Assembly (NCBI GenBank): GCA_002269645.1
Contig: NIVC01000691.1
Coordinates: forward strand, 124,001 to 188,000
Direction: 5' to 3'
DNA length: 64,000 nucleotides
Source of the DNA: Macrostomum lignano
Taxonomy: Eukaryota
Position 1 is the stretch's first letter. Every line of letters begins with the position of its first letter. Under the pieces are notes generated by a model. The model made no database searches. It was not told where the DNA came from and saw nothing but the letters and a program-made list of their open reading frames with translations. Positions 1 to 12,108 of the stretch are shown one piece after another. The position numbers and the translations under genes were made by a program.

Positions 1-954
1 CGGCTGCATCGGCGGCTGCAAGGCAGATAAAAAACCTGCGAGTGTTCGCGCTGGCCAGACTGGGGAATCGCCAGAACACCGCGGCAGAGGCCAAGTGGCC
101 AGCCAAGCCGCCGAACAGCAGGATGGTCAGGTAGACTTGGTAGATCCGCTTGGCAACGTCCTGGTGCTGCTCGATTGAGGCCATGCCAGACAGACAGAGT
201 TTTCTGGGTTCTTTGCCAACACCTCTAAAAGCAGATCTGCAGAGAGCAGATCTCAGGTAAATTATACCCTATGGGATTTCTATAGGGGGGAGATCTCTCT
301 CCCTATCGTGATTGGATTCCTCATCTAGACCACTCCCCACCGATGGGTTCACCTCGGGTGAGCGCAGACTGCAAGGCTCCGCAATTCTCTCTCGCGCATC
401 CCTGCCTCAGCGTCTCTTGACTTAATTGCCAGGTATATTGCCCGAGAACTGCCTGCTAGCTTCGACGGGGAAGAGAGAGAGTGAGTGGAAGAATCAACGC
501 TTTCGACAAGAAGAGCTCGCTCGGACACGAAATACAGCGGCAGTAGCGAATTTGAACTCTGTGGCCTCGGTGACCTCGAATAGTCACGGATTTTATTGGA
601 GGAGTAGACTGTGCCGATTTCTCATTTCTGTGAACTGCTCGATTTCATTATCGCACCAGTTTTAACGAGGTTACTGCGAGGGGTGTACTGAAACTGTCTC
701 CGAAAGTAGAACGTAAACTTTCAATAAAAATGCTACTGTGTAATACCATGGCAATAGAGTCACGGTTTGAAAATTTCATTGGGAGTGAGTACTGCTTGAT
801 ACTCGTAGCTGGCTATGTTGACTTTGAAGAGCACAGAGACTGAAAATTCATACTCAAGCATCTGAAACGTGGTAGAGCTTGAGACAGCAAAGTTACATGA
901 AGTCAACACGTTTTTGAAGTTCTAACGTCTTTAGTTTGTTCTTTTGTTTGCTTG

Positions 955-2870
955 CAGTCACCATGGATTTTTTGGTGGGGAGACAAAGCCAAGAATTCTA
1001 TATGTGCATGTTAATGACTAAATTGTGTGCTCACATTATTTTTAGAATTGGTGTTGTCAACACTCATTTTGGCGCCGCAGGCACTCATTTTGGCGCCGCA
1101 GGCACTCATTTTGCCACCACAGACACTTATTTTGGCGCCGCAGGCACTCATTTTGGCGCCGCAGGCACTCATTTTGCCACCACAGACACTTATTTTGGCG
1201 CCGCAGGCACTCATTTTGGCGCCGCAGGCACTCATTTTGCCACCACAGACACTTATTTTGGCGCCGCAGGCACTCATTTTGGCGCCGCAGGCACTCATTT
1301 TGCCACCACAGACACTCATTTTAGCGCCGCAGGCACTCATTTTGCCACCACAGACACTCATTTTGGCGCCGCAGGCACTCATTTTGGCGCCGCAGGCACT
1401 CATTTTGCCACCACAGACACTTATTTTGGCGCCGCAGGCACTCTATTTTGGCGCCGCAGGCACTCATTTTGGCGCCGCAGGCACTCATTTTGCCACCACA
1501 GGCACTCATTTTGGCGCCACAAGCACTGATTTTAGCGCGGCAGACACTCTATTTTGGCGCCACAAGCACTCATTTTGGCGCCACAAGCACTCATTTTGCC
1601 ACCACAGACACTCATTTTGGCGCCGCAGGCACTCATTTTGCCACCACAGACACTTATTTTGGCGCCGCAGGCACTCATTTTAGCGCCGCAGGCACTCTAT
1701 TTTGGCACCACAGGCACTCATTTTGGCGCCACAAGCACTCATTTTGGCACCACAGGCACTCATTTTGGCGCGGCAGGCACTCTATTTTGGCGCCACAAGC
1801 ACTCATTTTGGCGCCACAAGCACTCATTTTGGCACCACAGGCACTCATTTTGGCGCCACAAGCACTCATTTTGGCGCGGCAGGCACTCTTTTTTGGCGCC
1901 GCAGGCACTCATTTTGCCACCACAGACACTTATTTTGGCGCCGCAGGCACTCATTTTGCCACCACAGACACTTATTTTGGCGCCGCAGGCACTCTAGTTT
2001 GGCGCCGCAGGCACTCATTTTGGCGCCGCAGGCACTCATTTTGCCACCACAGGCACTCATTTTGGCGCCACAAGCACTCATTTTGGCGCCGCAGGCACTC
2101 ATTTTGGCGCCGCAGGCACTCATTTTGCCACCACAGACACTTATTTTGGCGCCGCAGGCACTCATTTTGGCGCCGCAGGCACTCATTTTGCCACCACAGA
2201 CACTTATTTTGGCGCCGCAGGCACTCTATTTTGGCGCCGCAGGCTCTCATTTTGGCGCCGCAGGCACTCATTTTGCCACCACAGGCACTCATTTTGGCGC
2301 CACAAGCACTCATTTTAGCGCGGCAGACACTCTATTTTGGCTCCACAAGCACTCATTTTGGCGCCACAAGCACTTATTTTGGCGCCACAAGCACTGATTT
2401 TGGCGCCGCAGGCACTCTATTTTGGCGCCACAAGCACTCATTTTGGCGCCACAAGCACTCATTTTGCCACCACAGACACTCATTTTGGCGCCGCAGGCAC
2501 TCATTTTGCCACCACAGACACTTATTTTGGCGCCGCAGGCACTCATTTTAGCGCCGCAGGCACTCTATTTTGGCGCCGCAGGCACTCTATTTTGGCGCCA
2601 CAAGCACTCATTTTGGCGCCACAAGCACTCATTTTGGCGCAACAAGCACTCATTTTGGCGCCACAAGCACTCTTTTTGGCGCCGTGGGCACTCCATTTTG
2701 GGGCCGCAGGCATTCATTTTGGCGCCGCAGGCACTAGTTTTGGCGCCACATGTGCTCTATTTTAGCGCCCTGAAACAAAATGATTGATTTCCACAACGGG
2801 TCACAAGGTGGTGTGGGGGCCCCAGAGCATTGGCATGTCCACCCCATAGCAGACCCCATAGATGAATGTC
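955..2870 (+). mobile_element. Degenerate non-autonomous hAT-like MITE with a hugely expanded internal 21-bp minisatellite (array ~1063-2755)
   Basis: Flanks (ccatggattttttggtggggagacaaagccaagaatt... and gccctgaaacaaaatgattgat...cacaagg) match those of the intact copy at 5136-5688. Internal unit ggcgccgcaggcactcatttt and variants. The termini are eroded. Confidence 0.7.
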
Positions 2871-3329
2871 TTTGCTATTGTTGAAAGTTTAAAACTTGTT
2901 TAAAAGGGCTTAAACACGAAGATGTAACAAACTTCAGTTTTAAAAGTATATCATAGAGAACTGGACCAATGTATGACCGGATACATGTGCTGTCTACTTC
3001 GTATTCCATGCATATCTGCTTTTGAATCCACAAAAATTTCTCTGCTCACATTACCCACAATTTGAATCGATTCCTACCGATAAATTTCACCGGAACATAT
3101 ATAAGCTGCCAGTTCAAACAAAGCACAAAGTTAAACAAAAAACTGGGTTCGGAAAACTGGCAATGTAACGAAAATAGTCTCACTCAGTCAATTTCTTAGG
3201 CCAAAATTAAATTGTTATTATTTTTGCGCACTTTACTACTTTCATACGTTATTTAAGTAGTAACAGCTAGCTCGAGTGCATTTTGTTTTAAAACGTTTCA
3301 AGGTCAATTGAAGGTCATTCGTGTCAATC

Positions 3330-3540
3330 ATTGGAGGCACCATCATTTTAGCGCCAATGTTGGAGGCGCCATCATTTCAGCGTCAATGTTGGAGGCGCCA
3401 TCATTTTAGCGCCAATTGGGAGGCGTCTAGCGCCAAGATTGGGAAACGCCATCATTTCAGCGCCAATATTAGATGCGTCATCGTTTTGGCGCCAATCATT
3501 CTAGCGCCAATACTGAGGGCACTAATTGCGTCGCACCAAT
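3330..3540. repeat. Short degenerate tandem repeat built around GCGCCA/GGCGCC
   Basis: Recurrent gcgccaatgttggaggcgccatcatttcagc-like units. Confidence 0.55.
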
Positions 3541-3944
3541 GCTTGTAAAAAATAGATTCTTTTCGATAGCAAAATTTCTCACGATATATCCCTATAGAAT
3601 TAATTTAGTGCCTCTTCGAGCGTATTAGTGGGCATTGCTCGCAATACCTGAAACCGAGGCTCGTCCTGTCCTTGGCGAAAGCCTTTTCAAAAGAGCAGCC
3701 TTGGCTGGGCACCGAGCCCCCCTTTAGCCTCACTCTCGGCTTGTCCACATTTCTTAGAATTCCTTCTACTACACGCTGTTTTGTGCGCATTTTGCTTGGA
3801 CTGAGTTGCAGAGAGCTGCATCCATGCCGCTCGGAGTTGAGGTGACTCATGACTCATTCACTCACGGTGGGTCAAGAGAACAAAAGAGAATTAAGGCGAC
3901 TCTGACCTCAGCTTGCGAAATCTGCTCACGCATAGGTTTGAGGT

Positions 3945-4279
<335 letters not shown>

Positions 4280-5135
4280 TTTAGGAATTCAACGAGACGC
4301 CGTCACGAGACGAGAGGAATGTCACGAGACGCCGAGTTAGACAGATGGGTGTCGAGCGCCTGTCATGTGCCTGCAACAAACTTTTCTTCCTCTGTCAATT
4401 GCGTTCGCTAGCGCCATGGACAGCAAAAACTTTTCTGGACCGGTGTTCAGCAGTGCAGTAAAATATAGTTTTCGAAACTTAGATAATGAATGAGTTATCG
4501 TCATTATCAGCCGAATTTATAAGTGAGCATTGCGCAAAAAATTCACAATTAAGCCACTATGGTGCTTTGGACCCGGTCAAATAATTTTGAACTACGTAGT
4601 TTATACTATAATAATTGTTTATAACACTCTATATCATTTCATTTGAAATGTAGAATATTGTAGACTCCAAGTACGTTCATATTAAATCCAACAAAACTTT
4701 AAAGGATTCATTTTTTGAACGTTTTGAAAGGAATTCTGTGCGCAATTTGCTTGTTGAAATGCAGTTCACCAGTTTAAATTTAGCCCTGCAGTTTTCTACG
4801 CATAACCGTCTTTCTAGTCCAGGTGAGTGTCAATAGGAGTCCCTGTCTTGCTTCTTTGCTTCTTAGAAATGTTAAATATAGTTTAGCATATGGACGATTC
4901 TACATTACTCCAGATGGATTGTCTGTCCCTGCTCTTGCACTTAAAGTTATACGCCAGCGCGGAAAATGCACCCCATTCCCCTCTGTTGCCCTTTGCTTAG
5001 CTAGTCTTCTTCTCCGCCGCGTCTGCCCCGAGTGTGGGCGTGGGGAATGGACGAAGGTCGTTTCCAATCCAAGTTCTATGTTGTATTTTTGGTTGGTTGG
5101 CGAGGGGTTCTGCAATCTAATCCAATGACCAATGT

Positions 5136-5688
5136 CAGGGGCGTCGCCATGGATTTTTTGCTTGGGGAGGACAAAGCCAAGAATTTTATACGTACATGAC
5201 TAAATTAAAACATGTACATTTTTTCAGAATCAGTGTTGCACCACAGGCACTCATTTAGGCACCACAGGCACTCATTTAGGCACCACAGGCACTCATTTAG
5301 GCACCACAGGCACTCATTTAGGCACCACAGGCATTCATTTTGGCACCACAGGCACTCATTTAGGCACCACAGGCACTCATTTAGGCACCACAGGCACTCA
5401 TTTTGGCGCCACAGGCACTCATTTTGGCACCACAGGCACTCATTTAGGCACCACAGGCACTTATTTAGGCACTCATTTAGGCACCACAGGCACTCATTTT
5501 GGCACCACAGGCACACATTTAGGCACCACAGACAATCATTTAGGCGCCACAGGCGCTATATTTTGACGCCCTGAAGTAAAATTATTGATCTCTAACACGG
5601 GTTACAAGGTGCGGTATGTCCTCCCCATAGCTTTTACTGGGGGGGGGTCATGTGCCCCTGTCCCTCCAGTGGCTACGCCACGCCCTTG
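5136..5688 (+). mobile_element. hAT-type MITE with an internal 21-bp tandem array
   Basis: Termini CAGGGGCGT / ACGCCCTTG form an imperfect TIR fitting the hAT YARNG consensus. 8-bp TSD ACCAATGT (5128-5135) / ACCAAAGT (5689-5696). About 15 units of caccacaggcactcatttagg inside. Confidence 0.8.
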
Positions 5689-6903
5689 ACCAAAGTTCTA
5701 CCAATACGTGAACTGTAAGCCCAACTCCTTGTCTATTTTTTGCCCAACTGCAATAACCCTACAAACCCTAAACTCCACCAACTTAACGCCCATTTTGCTG
5801 CACCAAAGATCTGATTCGGAACAGTGCAAAGTCAAAAAAATGCCATGGCATGATCTTTCTCGTCTTGCCCGTCCAATGACGTTCATCCATCCATTCATCC
5901 AGCCACTTCTGAAGGAACCGCTTGCAAAGTACAGTGCGTCTGTGTTTGAATTCCTCTTAAAACTTTGTACCGTATAAAGTATTGCAGAAGCGCACGTGAC
6001 ACTGATGCGGATTTAATTGTGTTTATTCTTGATTGAATTTATTGCGAGAACAGGTACATTAGGACCATTGGAAAATTGATTGAAACTACCTTGAAGTAGA
6101 AAAAAATGAGCACAAAGATATTTTTAAAGGCAAGCCGACAACGGCATTGAAAAATCTGGAAAATTCCGAAATTAACTGGCAACAAAATAAATAATGGAAC
6201 GAGCCACGACCAGTTTTTTCGCTAATGTCACGCCATATTGAATGTGCAATCGTAAAACAATGGAAGAAGCTTCCATGAAGAAGGCAAGCCTTTTTGTGCA
6301 TTCCTCCGCCGGAGACCTTCTGTTGTTTTTCTATGCCTACTTATTTTACCGCTCTCAGAGACAATTAATTGCGCGATCTTATGCGTCTTAAGGTGGTGAC
6401 AGGTACAGAGACCAGGGAGCTGGCAGATCTAAACTGCAGATTTTGGGCATTTAGCAAGTACATGCAAGCCTAAAAAAACAAACACTTAAAAGAGAGATAG
6501 CTCTCGTAGAGAAAAGCCAAAGAACAGGACAAGTTCCCCCACTAAAGCGAGCCAAGAGAAAAAAGGGGTTCGAATAAGATAAGGGACGCCACTTCACATA
6601 GGGCCGCCCAGACCCCTCGACGGGACCTATGTACTCGAGCGAAACAATTTTATAACCTTCTATCCTTCTACCGTCCACTGGGCCCACCTCGCCTCTCATT
6701 GGCCTGGACTTGCGAATAGCACAAGCAGAGGAGACACGGAGAGAGGACCATTCATACAGGCCCTTTTATTGCGAAGCGAAGAATATATTTAAGGGCAAAG
6801 CGACTTTAGTTAGCTAAAGCAAGCCAAGGTTAACTCGAAGGAGTCTCTCCCGCTCGGAAAGAAACCCAACAATCCCCAAAACAGCATCCAAAAGCTTCAG
6901 CAT

Positions 6904-7686
6904 ATGACGGATGCCCCAATATCACCGGCGTCTCTGCAGGTGCCAAACAAGTTAAACGTGCCGCTGGTCAAGCAGCAGGAGCTCTGCCTGCTGTCCAATG
7001 CCTCCTGCATGTCCCTCACCCAGGAGGAAGTCTCCGCTTCCTTGACCTCGTCTTCATCCCAGGCTGAGGCCACTGGCGAGCTCATTCTGCGTCTGGGCTG
7101 GAAGCTCCGAGTTCACGCCTACCTAGCAAAGTTCGTGGCCGCCTGCGGCGCGCTGTCCCTCTCCCTGGCCACCATCGGCTTCGTGTCGGTCATGCCGCCA
7201 GCGCCGCTGAACTCGGCAACCCAAGCTGGCAGGCTGTCGGCCGGACTGCAGGACGCTCACTCGGCCGAGTGGGTTGGCGCCGTCATGCTGGCAGCTGGAC
7301 TCGCCAACCTGTGGGTGGGTCGCGGCCGGATCAGCTTGCTGCTGGCGTTCGGGGCCAACCTCATCGCCATGGCGTTCGCTGGCACCGGCCTGTGCGTCAG
7401 CTGCATCCTGCTGGGCCTGTACTTCAGCCAGCGCGACTCCAGCGCGTCTACCCAGCTGCTCAACGCGTCTCTGCTAGTTCTGTTTGTCCTGCTGGCGCAG
7501 CTCTCCGGACTGGGGGCTCTGGTGACGCACAGCTTAATCTACCACCCGTACAGGGCGTTCGCCCGGGCCAATGTGCTGTTGTTCCAGCAGCAGATGCAGT
7601 GCAGCGATCTTGGCGGACCGGCTTCTGGTCAGTCGACTGAGGTAGATGCAGGCAGTCAAGGTCAGGCGGAGACATCAACAAAGTAA
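6904..7686 (+). CDS. Single-exon four-transmembrane protein, MS4A/CD20-like
   Basis: 260-aa ATG ORF with GC-rich codons and four hydrophobic helices. The second helix SAEWVGAVMLAAGLANL resembles the MS4A W-x-G...G motif. Family call is by eye. Confidence 0.65.
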   Translation: MTDAPISPASLQVPNKLNVPLVKQQELCLLSNASCMSLTQEEVSASLTSSSSQAEATGELILRLGWKLRVHAYLAKFVAACGALSLSLATIGFVSVMPPAPLNSATQAGRLSAGLQDAHSAEWVGAVMLAAGLANLWVGRGRISLLLAFGANLIAMAFAGTGLCVSCILLGLYFSQRDSSASTQLLNASLLVLFVLLAQLSGLGALVTHSLIYHPYRAFARANVLLFQQQMQCSDLGGPASGQSTEVDAGSQGQAETSTK

Positions 7687-7875
7687 TGCAAACAATTGAT
7701 CCGATATTCTGTACATGCATAAGATAGCAGTCATTATTTGTCCGCTAAAACCAGTACTATAGAAGTACATGGTGACATAAACTTTTTGTTCGGTTTAACA
7801 ACAACACTATCTATACCCTAACAGTCAACTTTGATGGGGGCTTAGCCCAGCGGCCCAGGTTGGATTCCAAATGCA

Positions 7876-8150
7876 GTCACATTAATTTCGGGCTGAATTG
7901 GAATCTCGGCTTGGCTCTGCTCGTGCAGTCAACGCCTAGCTTGAGGGCCAACCCCAAGGCACACTGAAGTGTACATAAAGTTAGGGCCGCTGTACACTCC
8001 TTGTGTGAGTGTGTGTCTGTGCGTATGACTGTGTACGTATCCGCGCGCTTGTGTGCCTGCTCAGGGGAGTCGGTGGAATGGGCAGTAAAGCCTTTCGCCG
8101 GTAATGTCGCTTGAAGAGCGTTAGAGTGCACCACAGCCACAGCCCCTGCC
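7876..8150. repeat. ~280-bp dispersed repeat, copy 1
   Basis: Reverse complement of 14957-15240 (e.g. ggaatctcggcttggctctgctcgtgca vs tgcacgagcagagccaagccgagattcc). Confidence 0.8.
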
Positions 8151-9365
8151 CTTAATAAGAACAAGTAAAACATTAACAATATTTTATATAACTGTTGCGT
8201 CAATTATTAATAGTCGATTAATGGGAATTAGACATTAATGTTTTTTTTCGAATATTGAACCCTTTTAGCATTGAGACACATTCTTAGCCAAGACACATGT
8301 ACCGTCAGGGGAAATTTCTGATCGAATGTTGCAAGTTTGAAGAAACTCGGTTGAGCAGTTTTTTCTTAAATCGATCACACAGACACACACACACCTACCT
8401 ACAGACCAACCATTTTTAGTGAATGGATCTTGTGAACAGAACAAATAGCTACTTTTGTTTAATTCAATAAATGTGTAACTGCTTACGTATGAAAGGATGC
8501 ACTTACTCGTAAATTTACATATCTAGTTAATTTTCCAATTGGGTCAACAGCTATTTTAGTCAGTCCACCTCACTTCCTTGTCAACACGCCTAATTTGACT
8601 TTGGTTTTCCTGTTATCCCACACTTCGTTTTTTTCTAGTTAATGAGAAATGTCAAACAGACCAGGCTTTCAAACGCTTGAATTGCATTCAGTCTAATTGC
8701 ATTATTAAATTTGTTTTGCGTGTGTACAAACAAATATTTGTCAGCTTGTCAACTGCGTCATTATTGCGTCATTCCTAATTGAGTTGCAACATTTCGCAAT
8801 CAAAATAATTAAATGTCATACGATTTATTTAAAGTCATTGTTACATAGTAAACATCCGTTGTCTGGTGACCCAGTGGTTGTAAATATTGTTTAAAAATAT
8901 AATTTCAACAATTTGTAAGCCATTGCAATATTTATTCTTAGAGTATGTAATATTCTACTCAGTGAAGCCTCATCCAGCTGATTGTGCTCTGGATTAGCAT
9001 TGGCTGATAACACGCTAAACGCAAGTTTTATATCTCAACCGACAAAATGGAATGTACGAAATTTAACTTACTAAGGTCAGTCAGCTCTTGGACCTCGGGC
9101 TCTCCTGATAAGCATGCTTATGCTACGTGTAGATTCCCAATCAGTAGTTGCAATTTACAGTTAGTCATAAACATAAGCAGGCATTTTCTTCACTGCCTTC
9201 GCTTATTAGGCTGAAAATGCAGAGCTTTTAAAAATTAACCAAAATCTCTAAATGTTTTGCATTTTCTGTCTTCCGGTTCTTGTGCTGCTGGATGGCGCAA
9301 TAAAACAAATATTTAATTTTACCCCAAGGGTAGAAATTGTAACAGGATATCTCTAAAAACCCATG

Positions 9366-9830
9366 TTAGACACACAGGTAAAGCACTGTTAGACACACAG
9401 GTAAAGAACTATTAGACACACAGGTAAAGCACTGTTAGACACACAGGTAAAGCACTGTTAGACACACAGGTAAAAAACTGTTAGACACACAGGTAAAGCA
9501 CTGTTAGACACACAGGCAAAGAACTATTAGACACACAGGTAAAGAACTATTAGACACACAGGTAAAGAACTATTAGACACACAGGTAAAGAACTATTAGA
9601 CACACAGGTAAAGCACTGTAGACACACAGGTAAAGAACTATTAGACACACAGGTAAAGAACTATTAGACACACAGGTAAAGAACTATTAGACACACAGGT
9701 AAAGAACTATTAGACACACAGGTAAAGAACTATTAGACACACAGGTAAACCACTGTTAGACACACGGGTAAAGAACTATCAGACACACAGGAAGCACTGT
9801 TGGAGTGTTTAGACACACAGGTAAAGAAAT
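9366..9830. repeat. 23-bp minisatellite (ttagacacacaggtaaagaacta)
   Basis: About 20 tandem units with two alternating variants (gaacta / gcactg). Confidence 0.95.
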
Positions 9831-10658
9831 TTTGCGCAGAAAAGTGACGCTGTTAGAATATCAGGAAAAGTTTTATTAGAGGCACTGCAACTTGTCAAAT
9901 CAGCTTATATGTACACTGTAATAATGTGTAAAAAAATAGGCATTTCTCGACCAGCAGCATTCCATTCCATTTGCTGAATGTGACTTCATTTATGAACCTA
10001 CTGCTGGCCTGCAGCCGTCGGTGCGGTCTTATTTAATATGCGCACATGCAATAAAAACACGTATCAAGTGCCAAACGAATGCGTTTCTTTCTTTAAATTA
10101 CGAGCGTCAGACCGTATCACCAGAACTGATACTATTATGCTTCTTAAATTCCGAAAACGATCAATTTTATTTCCCATCGAAAACTGCTAATATAAGGTTT
10201 TTTCCTGCTTAACAGATAATGCGCCATATATTCTACTGATAAAAAGTACTAAGTAGTATAAAAAGCAAATTTTCGCGCTCACAAGTCCCAAATAAAAAAG
10301 TTTGCGCATGGGATTGAGCCAGGGCTCACGTGTCGCGGGAGTCAGACGGGAATACAAAGACGTCTAAGTTGTAAAGCAATTATTCAAATTTATTATCCAC
10401 TAAAAACACTTGGAATTCATCTGGCATGCGAGCAAGGTCAAAGATCAGACTTTTAAGCGCGAATGCGATTAGGAAAATAAGTTTTGCGATGAAATAAGTT
10501 TTATTTATACAGTTTCAAAAGTAGAAATAACAGTATTCGAAAATATAGTAGTACCTCTGCAAGGCCGACAGACAGAAAATCGATTGGAAAATTCAGCCAC
10601 AAAGCCAAAAAAACTCACATCAGTCTACCCGATCATGTTAGCCACAAGGAACCTTCAC

Positions 10659-11157
10659 CAGTGACGTACGCAGCAATTTTATTTTGAGGGGGTGCCAATA
10701 TTTGTTGTGCGCGCCAGTCGCTGGCGCCGCTGTCTCTTGGTGGGCGCCCCTGTCTCTTGGTGGGCGCCCCTGTCTCTTGGTAGGCGCCCCTGTCTCTTGG
10801 TGGACACCCCTGTCTCTTGGTGGACACCCCTGTCTCTTGGTAGGCGCCCCTGTCTCTTGGTAGGCGCCCCTGTCTCTTGGTGGGCGCCCCTGTCTCTTGG
10901 TAGGCGCCCCTGTCTCTTGGTAGGCGCCCCTGTCTCTTGGTGGGCGCCCCTGTCTCTTGGTTTGCGCCGCTGTCTCTTGGTGGGCACTCGTACCCCTATG
11001 TCCAGATCAGGTGGTCAGCCACGTCCAAAAGATCGACTTTCATTCGTTTAGCTTGGCTACCTCTTTCTTCATTTAGTTTTAGAGTAGCATAATAATTTTG
11101 TGAGAACGATTGGAAGGGGGTCGGGACCCCCCTTGACCCCCTCTGCGTACGCCACTG
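10659..11157. mobile_element. MITE with 15-bp TIRs and an internal 20-bp tandem array
   Basis: CAGTGACGTACGCAG ... CTGCGTACGCCACTG (14/15 inverted match, hAT-like CAGTG end). Array of gtgggcgcccctgtctcttg at ~10725-10985. No clean TSD. Confidence 0.75.
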
Positions 11158-11215
11158 ACTCTCCATCAAGTTACCGCACCCATGCGAACAGACAGTCAAA
11201 ACAGGCCAGTTTCCC

Positions 11216-11659
11216 TCACGCCTCCATTCTCAAGTTGAACCGGAGCCCGGGAGCCGACCGGAACAGGAAGCTGCCGACCCACTCCTGCCCGTTGGTGTCC
11301 GTGAACTTGCCGTTGCCCTCCAGTCGATTCTCAAAAAAGTCGCCCTCGTAGCAGCTTCCATCCGGGAACCTGTAGCAGCCACGGCCGTGCATCTGGTTCT
11401 CGTGGAACTGGCCCTCGTATGCGGCGCCTGAAGGAAAAAACAGACGTCCAGTGCCGCTCATGGCGTCCTTATCGAAGTCACCTTCGTACTGCAGGCCGTC
11501 GCTGGAAGTGTGCCGTCCCTTGCCTTGGCGTTGCAGCGCGCCACCTTCGCCGATGAGGTACTCGCCCTCGTACTTGTCGCCATTGGAGAAGAAAAACGTG
11601 CCCGTGGGAGGAGCGACCGGCTCTGCTGGCTCCTTGCTTTTGCCCTTCTTTGGCGGCAT
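11216..11659 (-). CDS. MORN2: MORN repeat-containing protein 2
   Basis: 147-aa ORF with tandem YEG-x-F...G-x-G MORN repeats. C-terminus WVGSFLFRSAPGLRFNLRM matches the MORN2 tail (W-x-G-x-F-x-F-x-x-AP-x-L-x-x-x-L-x-M). Confidence 0.85.
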   Translation of the reverse strand: MPPKKGKSKEPAEPVAPPTGTFFFSNGDKYEGEYLIGEGGALQRQGKGRHTSSDGLQYEGDFDKDAMSGTGRLFFPSGAAYEGQFHENQMHGRGCYRFPDGSCYEGDFFENRLEGNGKFTDTNGQEWVGSFLFRSAPGLRFNLRMEA

Positions 11660-12108
11660 TTCGATAGAGACTTGCTGAGATTGCTGGACTTAGAGAGGCC
11701 TGCTTTCGCAAAGACGACAGCCACCGCTCTCTGCAGCTGCAGGCTTACTTCTAACTTCAAAAAATCTCTCTCGTCACCTCGCTTGTTGTCAATGGCAACG
11801 CGCACCTCTCTCCTTCCCCTCTCTGTCCGCTCTCTCTCTCTCTCTCCCTCTCTCGTCTCTCTATTCTTTCTGTCAACCGCCCAGTGCATAGAGTGGATAG
11901 GAGCGGTAAGGAATGGAGTGAAATGTACGCTCCAGACCCACCCTGGCGGGGTTGGTTAGGAAAGAGCGTACACCTCCATTGCTCAGTGCACACCTATGAA
12001 CAGTGACGGTTAAAAAACTCTTCTTGGATTTTTGGAGCTTCTTCTTTTGAACTGCTAAATTCAATTTGTTGGTTGCTCAACTTCTGAGACGTCTTCATCG
12101 GTTTCAGC
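11660..12108. promoter_or_regulatory. Bidirectional promoter with RFX X-box GTTGTCAATGGCAAC (11785-11799) and a (CT)n tract
   Basis: 449-bp gap between divergent ATGs. The motif fits GTNRYY-N(0-3)-RGYAAC. Confidence 0.6.

Noticed and set aside
1-700. Possible LTR or TE fragments (also 3600-3900, 6420-6900, 32850-33720)
   Set aside because: The composition is suggestive, but I found no termini, TSD, second copy or protein motif.
936-2787. Many long ORFs (LAPQALI, HFGAAGT, WRRRHSF repeats)
   Set aside because: Artefacts of a stop-free 21-bp minisatellite. The same applies to ORFs at 5205-5574, 10633-11051, 12679-13197, 13869-14600, 17141-17575, 18661-19212, 22422-23013, 23838-24399 and 34324-34703.
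9366-9830. CRISPR-like array (also 60125-61692, 63110-63532)
   Set aside because: Head-to-tail repeats with no unique spacers, no cas genes, and a eukaryotic context.
10651-11165. 8-bp TSD for the second MITE
   Set aside because: The flanks accttcac and actctcca match at only 4 of 8 positions.
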